Source: Candidatus Eiseniibacteriota bacterium
Lineage (GTDB): Bacteria > Eisenbacteria > RBG-16-71-46
Assembly (NCBI GenBank): GCA_031370785.1
Contig: JANMQY010000061.1
Coordinates: forward strand, 1-64,000
DNA length: 64,000 nucleotides
Direction of reading: 5' to 3'
Shown here: positions 57,366 to 64,000 of the stretch, piece after piece
How the letters are laid out: each line of letters starts with the position of its first letter
Numbering within the stretch: the first letter of the stretch is position 1
The notes under the pieces: model-generated
The model's input: the letters and a program-made list of their open reading frames with translations, nothing else
Told to the model about the DNA's origin: nothing
The model's database searches: none
Program-made: the position numbers and the translations under genes

Positions 57366-57640
57366 GGCGAAGCTCCTGGAAGGATGGGTTTCCGTCTGGT
57401 TTGGCCGGTGGCGTCATGATGCGCCAGCTCCGGGGTTCGGTTCCACCGCCCCTCCTGGGCGCCCCAAACCCGGGCGGAGGCGGGGCGAACCCCTGGGATG
57501 GGTTGCGAGCCCCGGCGCCCTTCGACTTATCCGGCTCAATCCGGGGCCCCAACCTGCCGAAACCCAGATCGATGGCATTCCCCGGTCCACATGGTCCGGG
57601 CCCTAGCGTTTGCTTTGTCCAGGGAAGGGAAGCTGCTCGC

Positions 57641-58321
57641 ATGCGCCACGCACATCACGGATTCCCAATCGCGGCCTGCTGTGTTCTCGCCTCGTGCCTG
57701 ATCTCCTCCGTGGCCGCGGCCGGGGTGATCCGTGGCACGCTGTGGCTGACACACCCCAGCGCGGCCGCGATGGCCGCGGCGCTGGCCAGGTCATCCTCGA
57801 GGCCGGCGCAGCCCGGAGTTTCCGATGCGGTGATCTACATCGAGAGCATTCCCGAAAAGTCGGAGAAAAAGCTCTCGCGTGGGGGCTGGTTCTCGCCCAA
57901 GCCCAGGATGTCGCGCGTCATTCAGGTGGACCGGCGCTTCATGCCCAGGGTGCTCTCGGTCACCCCCGGGACATCGGTCGAATTCCGTAACCGCGACCTC
58001 GTCTATCACAACGCCTTCAGCGTTTCGGTGGCCAAGCGCTTCGACCTGGGCCGCTACCCGCCGGGGAAGGCCGACACCGTGAGGTTCGAGCGTGCCGGCG
58101 TGGTCAACGTGCACTGCGACATCCATCCGGACATGAGCGGCTATGTCGTGGTGGTGCCAAACCATGCTTTCGACCGCCCCGACTCGCTCGGCAGCTACTC
58201 GCTCCCGAAACTTCCGCCGGGGAAATACGCGCTGCGCGTGTGGCATCCGCGCCTGGGCGAGCTGCGACGCGACGTCGAGATCCCGAAGCACGGCAATCTC
58301 GAACTTCCACTGGTGTTCTGA
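57641..58321 (+). CDS. Exported cupredoxin-like / carboxypeptidase-regulatory-like protein
   Basis: Signal peptide; FRNRDLVYHNAFS and HCDIHPDM (H...C-x2-H-x2-M); LPPGKYALRVWHP. Confidence 0.7.
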   Translation: MRHAHHGFPIAACCVLASCLISSVAAAGVIRGTLWLTHPSAAAMAAALARSSSRPAQPGVSDAVIYIESIPEKSEKKLSRGGWFSPKPRMSRVIQVDRRFMPRVLSVTPGTSVEFRNRDLVYHNAFSVSVAKRFDLGRYPPGKADTVRFERAGVVNVHCDIHPDMSGYVVVVPNHAFDRPDSLGSYSLPKLPPGKYALRVWHPRLGELRRDVEIPKHGNLELPLVF

Positions 58322-58324
58322 GCC

Positions 58325-60157
58325 ATGCGCCTGAGCCTCCGCTGGAAGATCCTGCTCATCACCGTGATCACCCCGCTCACGCTCGGAGTGTCCACGTTCG
58401 TGACCGTGCATCGCAGCGTCAAGCAGCACGTGAACTCGTCCTCGATTCACGAGAGCCTCGAACACTCGCGGCTGGTGTTCGAGAGCATGCTCGCCGCGCG
58501 TGCCAAGGCGCTGGCCGGTGGCGCGCAGGTGATCGCGCGCGACCCCCGGTTCTTCTCGCTGCTGACCCTGGACCGGACTCAGCGCGACTCGCGGTTCGCG
58601 GCCACGGTGCGCGGGATGGCGCACGACTTCAATCAGATCACTCAGACCGAGCTGTTCGAGGTGCTGGACCGGCGCGGCCGGATTCTCGCCTCGGTCGGTG
58701 GGGTCTCCTCGGAGCGGGAAGCGCGCGAGGCGCTGGTGCACACCGCGCTCGAGGGAACCGCGGTCACCGGTGTGCTGGTTCAGCACGACGCCCAGTATCA
58801 GGTGACCGCGACGCCGGTGCGCGCGGACGGCCAGATCGTGGGCGCGCTGCTGCTCGGATCCGAGATCGGCGAGCGCCTGGCGCGGGTGCTGCGCGCGCAG
58901 ATGCTCAGCGAGGTCACGTTCGTCTCCGGCCAGGAGATCACCGGCACGACGCTGAGCCTGGCGAAGGACCGCGACGCGCTGAGCCAGCGGCTCGACGGCT
59001 TCGGGCTCACGCAGCAGACCGATTTCGGCCGCCTTGGAGTTTTCCGGGTCCACGGCGCGCACTTCACCTACCTGACCATCGTGCGCCGCATCCCGGGCTC
59101 GGATTCGCCCCACCCCCAGCTCTACGTGATGCAGCGCGCCTACGATCCTGAAACCCGGTTCCTCCAGCAGATGCAGCAGGACATGATCCTGCTGGCGGCG
59201 ATCGCCCTGATCGCTGCGCTGATCACCGGTCTGATGCTTTCCGAGAAGATCACCCGCCCGATCGGGCAGCTGGTGCACGGCGCACAGGAGATGCAGCGCG
59301 GCAACTACACGCACCCGGTCCAGGTCAAGAGCTCGGACGAGATCGGCTACCTCGCGGAGCGCTTCATGGAGATGCGCCAGCGCGAGCAGGTCTACGTCAG
59401 CAGCCTCGAAGAGGCCGCCAAACTCAAGAGCGAATTCATCAGCATCGCCTCGCACGAGCTGCGCACCCCGATCAGCGTGATCAAGGGCTATCGCGACCTG
59501 CTCGACGAGGGCAAGCTCGGCCCGATCGAGCCGCGCCAGAAGCAGGCCCTCGAAACCATTCGCGGCTGCCTCTCGCAGCTGACCAGGATCGCCGAGCACG
59601 CGACTCAGATCGCACAGGTGCGAAGCGAGCGCCTCGAGCTGGCCATCGAGGAGCAGCCGATCGGCCCGCTGCTCGATGTGGCGGTCGGCACCGCACAGGC
59701 CGCGGCGCCGAATCGCAAGGTCAACCTCAACGTGCTGGTGGAGCCTCCCTCGCTCGACCCGGTCGCGGTGGACGGTCCCCGTCTGACCCAGGCGGTCACT
59801 CAGCTGGTCTCGAACGGCATCCGTTTCACGCCCGACGGCGGCAAGGTCGAAGTCCGCGCGTTCGTGTCCGAGGAAACGCTGCACATCGAGGTGACGGACG
59901 ATGGGCCTGGCATCCCCGAGGAGCGCCTCCCGCGCATCTTCGACGACGGCCATGCGGTGCGCGGCTCGACCAACCACCATTCGTCGGACTCGCTCGAGTT
60001 CAACTCGGGCGGTCTCGGGCTGGGGCTCGGAATCACGCGGGGCATCGTCGAAGCGCACGGCGGAACCATCAGCGTCGACAGCCAGCCGGGCAAGGGCAGC
60101 CGCTTCGAGATCCGGATTCCGCTGCGCACCGTGCGAAACGAATCGACCGCGGCCTAG
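58325..60157 (+). CDS. HAMP-domain sensor histidine kinase
   Basis: 2 TM, HAMP (SDEIGYLA), IASHELRTP, DDGPGI, GLGLGLGI. Confidence 0.92.
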   Translation: MRLSLRWKILLITVITPLTLGVSTFVTVHRSVKQHVNSSSIHESLEHSRLVFESMLAARAKALAGGAQVIARDPRFFSLLTLDRTQRDSRFAATVRGMAHDFNQITQTELFEVLDRRGRILASVGGVSSEREAREALVHTALEGTAVTGVLVQHDAQYQVTATPVRADGQIVGALLLGSEIGERLARVLRAQMLSEVTFVSGQEITGTTLSLAKDRDALSQRLDGFGLTQQTDFGRLGVFRVHGAHFTYLTIVRRIPGSDSPHPQLYVMQRAYDPETRFLQQMQQDMILLAAIALIAALITGLMLSEKITRPIGQLVHGAQEMQRGNYTHPVQVKSSDEIGYLAERFMEMRQREQVYVSSLEEAAKLKSEFISIASHELRTPISVIKGYRDLLDEGKLGPIEPRQKQALETIRGCLSQLTRIAEHATQIAQVRSERLELAIEEQPIGPLLDVAVGTAQAAAPNRKVNLNVLVEPPSLDPVAVDGPRLTQAVTQLVSNGIRFTPDGGKVEVRAFVSEETLHIEVTDDGPGIPEERLPRIFDDGHAVRGSTNHHSSDSLEFNSGGLGLGLGITRGIVEAHGGTISVDSQPGKGSRFEIRIPLRTVRNESTAA

Positions 60158-60163
60158 CTACCG

Positions 60164-60766
60164 ATGATGGAGAAGCGCTCCCGGAACCTCGCCCTTCGGT
60201 CCCGCGCACACGCGAGCCTGATGCGCGCAGCGCTGATGGCTCTGGCGTGCGTCGCCGCCGCGGCGACCCTGTGGCCCGCAACCGCAGGCGCGGACCAGGC
60301 GGAACAGAACGAGATCAAGGCGAACATGCTGTGGAACATCGCCAAGTTCGTGCGCTGGCCGGATGGGGCATTCGACAAGACCCGGGGACAGCTGGTCTTC
60401 ACGATCCTGGGTGAGGATCCGCTCGCCGAAGCGCTGGCGGTCACGTTGAGCACCAAGACGATCAACGGTCGGCCGGTGTTCGTGCACTTCGCGCGCCGCG
60501 CGCAGGACGCCGCCGGAAGCCAGATCCTGTATATCGCCGCTTCCGAGCATGGCCGGATCGACGAAGTTCTGAAGGCGATCGACGGCAGCTGGATGCTCAC
60601 GGTCGCCGATTCGTCGGGCTTCGCGGTGCGCGGCGGGATGGTCGACTTCGCGCTGGAGCTCGACAAGGTTCGATTCGAGATCAATCAGGTCCGCGCGGAG
60701 AAGGCCGGACTCAAGATCAGCGCCAAGCTGCTCGCTCTTGCGCACGTCGTGGAAGCCACCCCCTAA
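60164..60766 (+). CDS. YfiR family (DUF4154) periplasmic protein
   Basis: IKANMLWNIAKFVRWP, KVRFEIN, GLKISAKLLALA. Confidence 0.88.
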   Translation: MMEKRSRNLALRSRAHASLMRAALMALACVAAAATLWPATAGADQAEQNEIKANMLWNIAKFVRWPDGAFDKTRGQLVFTILGEDPLAEALAVTLSTKTINGRPVFVHFARRAQDAAGSQILYIAASEHGRIDEVLKAIDGSWMLTVADSSGFAVRGGMVDFALELDKVRFEINQVRAEKAGLKISAKLLALAHVVEATP

Positions 60767-60781
60767 TCCCAGGGAGCAGCG

Positions 60782-63580
<2,799 letters not shown>

Positions 63581-63619
63581 GCAGCGGGTCGGGTCGTTCA
63601 ATCCTCGAGGAGGTCGCAC

Positions 63620-64000
63620 GTGCGCATCATGATTCTCGTCGCCGCTCTGGCCCTGGTGACCGTTGGCCGAGGACTTCTCATGGCGATCATCGTCCGGTTG
63701 TTCGGCCGCGCGATCGGCGAACACGCGGTCGCCCAGCAGCCCGATCGCATCCAGCTGGTGCGCAGCGCACCCAGCGCGTGGCGCAACGCGTCGGCGGCGG
63801 GCGCCCTGGCCGAGCCGCTGGTGAGGAGTGGCTTCGACGATGCGGGAACGTTCCGCGTTCAGGAAATGCCGGGCCTGGTGGTGCGTCTGCTGGCGAACCC
63901 GGGAGACGGATTCCTCGCGGTGGTGTACGAGCATCCGAAGGCCGGCCACTGGCTCGACCTGGTGACGCGGTACGGCGACCGCACCAGCATCACCTTCACC
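63620..64000 (+). CDS. Hypothetical membrane-anchored protein, runs off the window
   Basis: GAGGAGG then GTG; hydrophobic N-terminus; frame open to the end. Confidence 0.55.
   Translation, partial: MRIMILVAALALVTVGRGLLMAIIVRLFGRAIGEHAVAQQPDRIQLVRSAPSAWRNASAAGALAEPLVRSGFDDAGTFRVQEMPGLVVRLLANPGDGFLAVVYEHPKAGHWLDLVTRYGDRTSITFT

Overview
High-GC bacterial chromosomal window from a diderm organism (OmpA, RND pump, and a secreted subtilase with a FlgD/T9SS-like C-terminal domain; an FCB-affiliated lineage such as Ca. Eisenbacteria is my guess only). I found no rRNA, tRNA, CRISPR array or mobile element. 1-6.7 kb: NTT, NTT-HEAT and cNMP-binding genes, then DUF47, PiT and PPK2. About 6.7-35.4 kb reads as a coherent sigma54-controlled stress and cell-surface island: seven intergenic -24/-12 motifs, three perfect TGTA-N5-TACA enhancer-like palindromes, and a local NtrC-family activator with kinases. 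The island also holds general-stress genes (csbD, yciF, YtxH/DUF948-like, two lmo0937-like genes), cyclic beta-1,2-glucan synthase, an ice-binding-family lipoprotein, a TSP3-OmpA, and a sortase with its LPQTA substrate next to a PEP-CTERM gene behind a precisely duplicated promoter/enhancer. Most unusual are two paralogous ECF-sigma region-2-only proteins, each behind a matching sigma54 promoter and enhancer. 35.5-64 kb: STAND/BTAD regulator and S8 protease, ABC solute-binding protein, MsrPQ-like pair, TetR-RND efflux, FabH-like enzyme, MsrA, VOC protein, and cupredoxin/kinase/YfiR/hybrid-kinase signalling genes. All functional calls come from reading motifs by eye; no database search was run.
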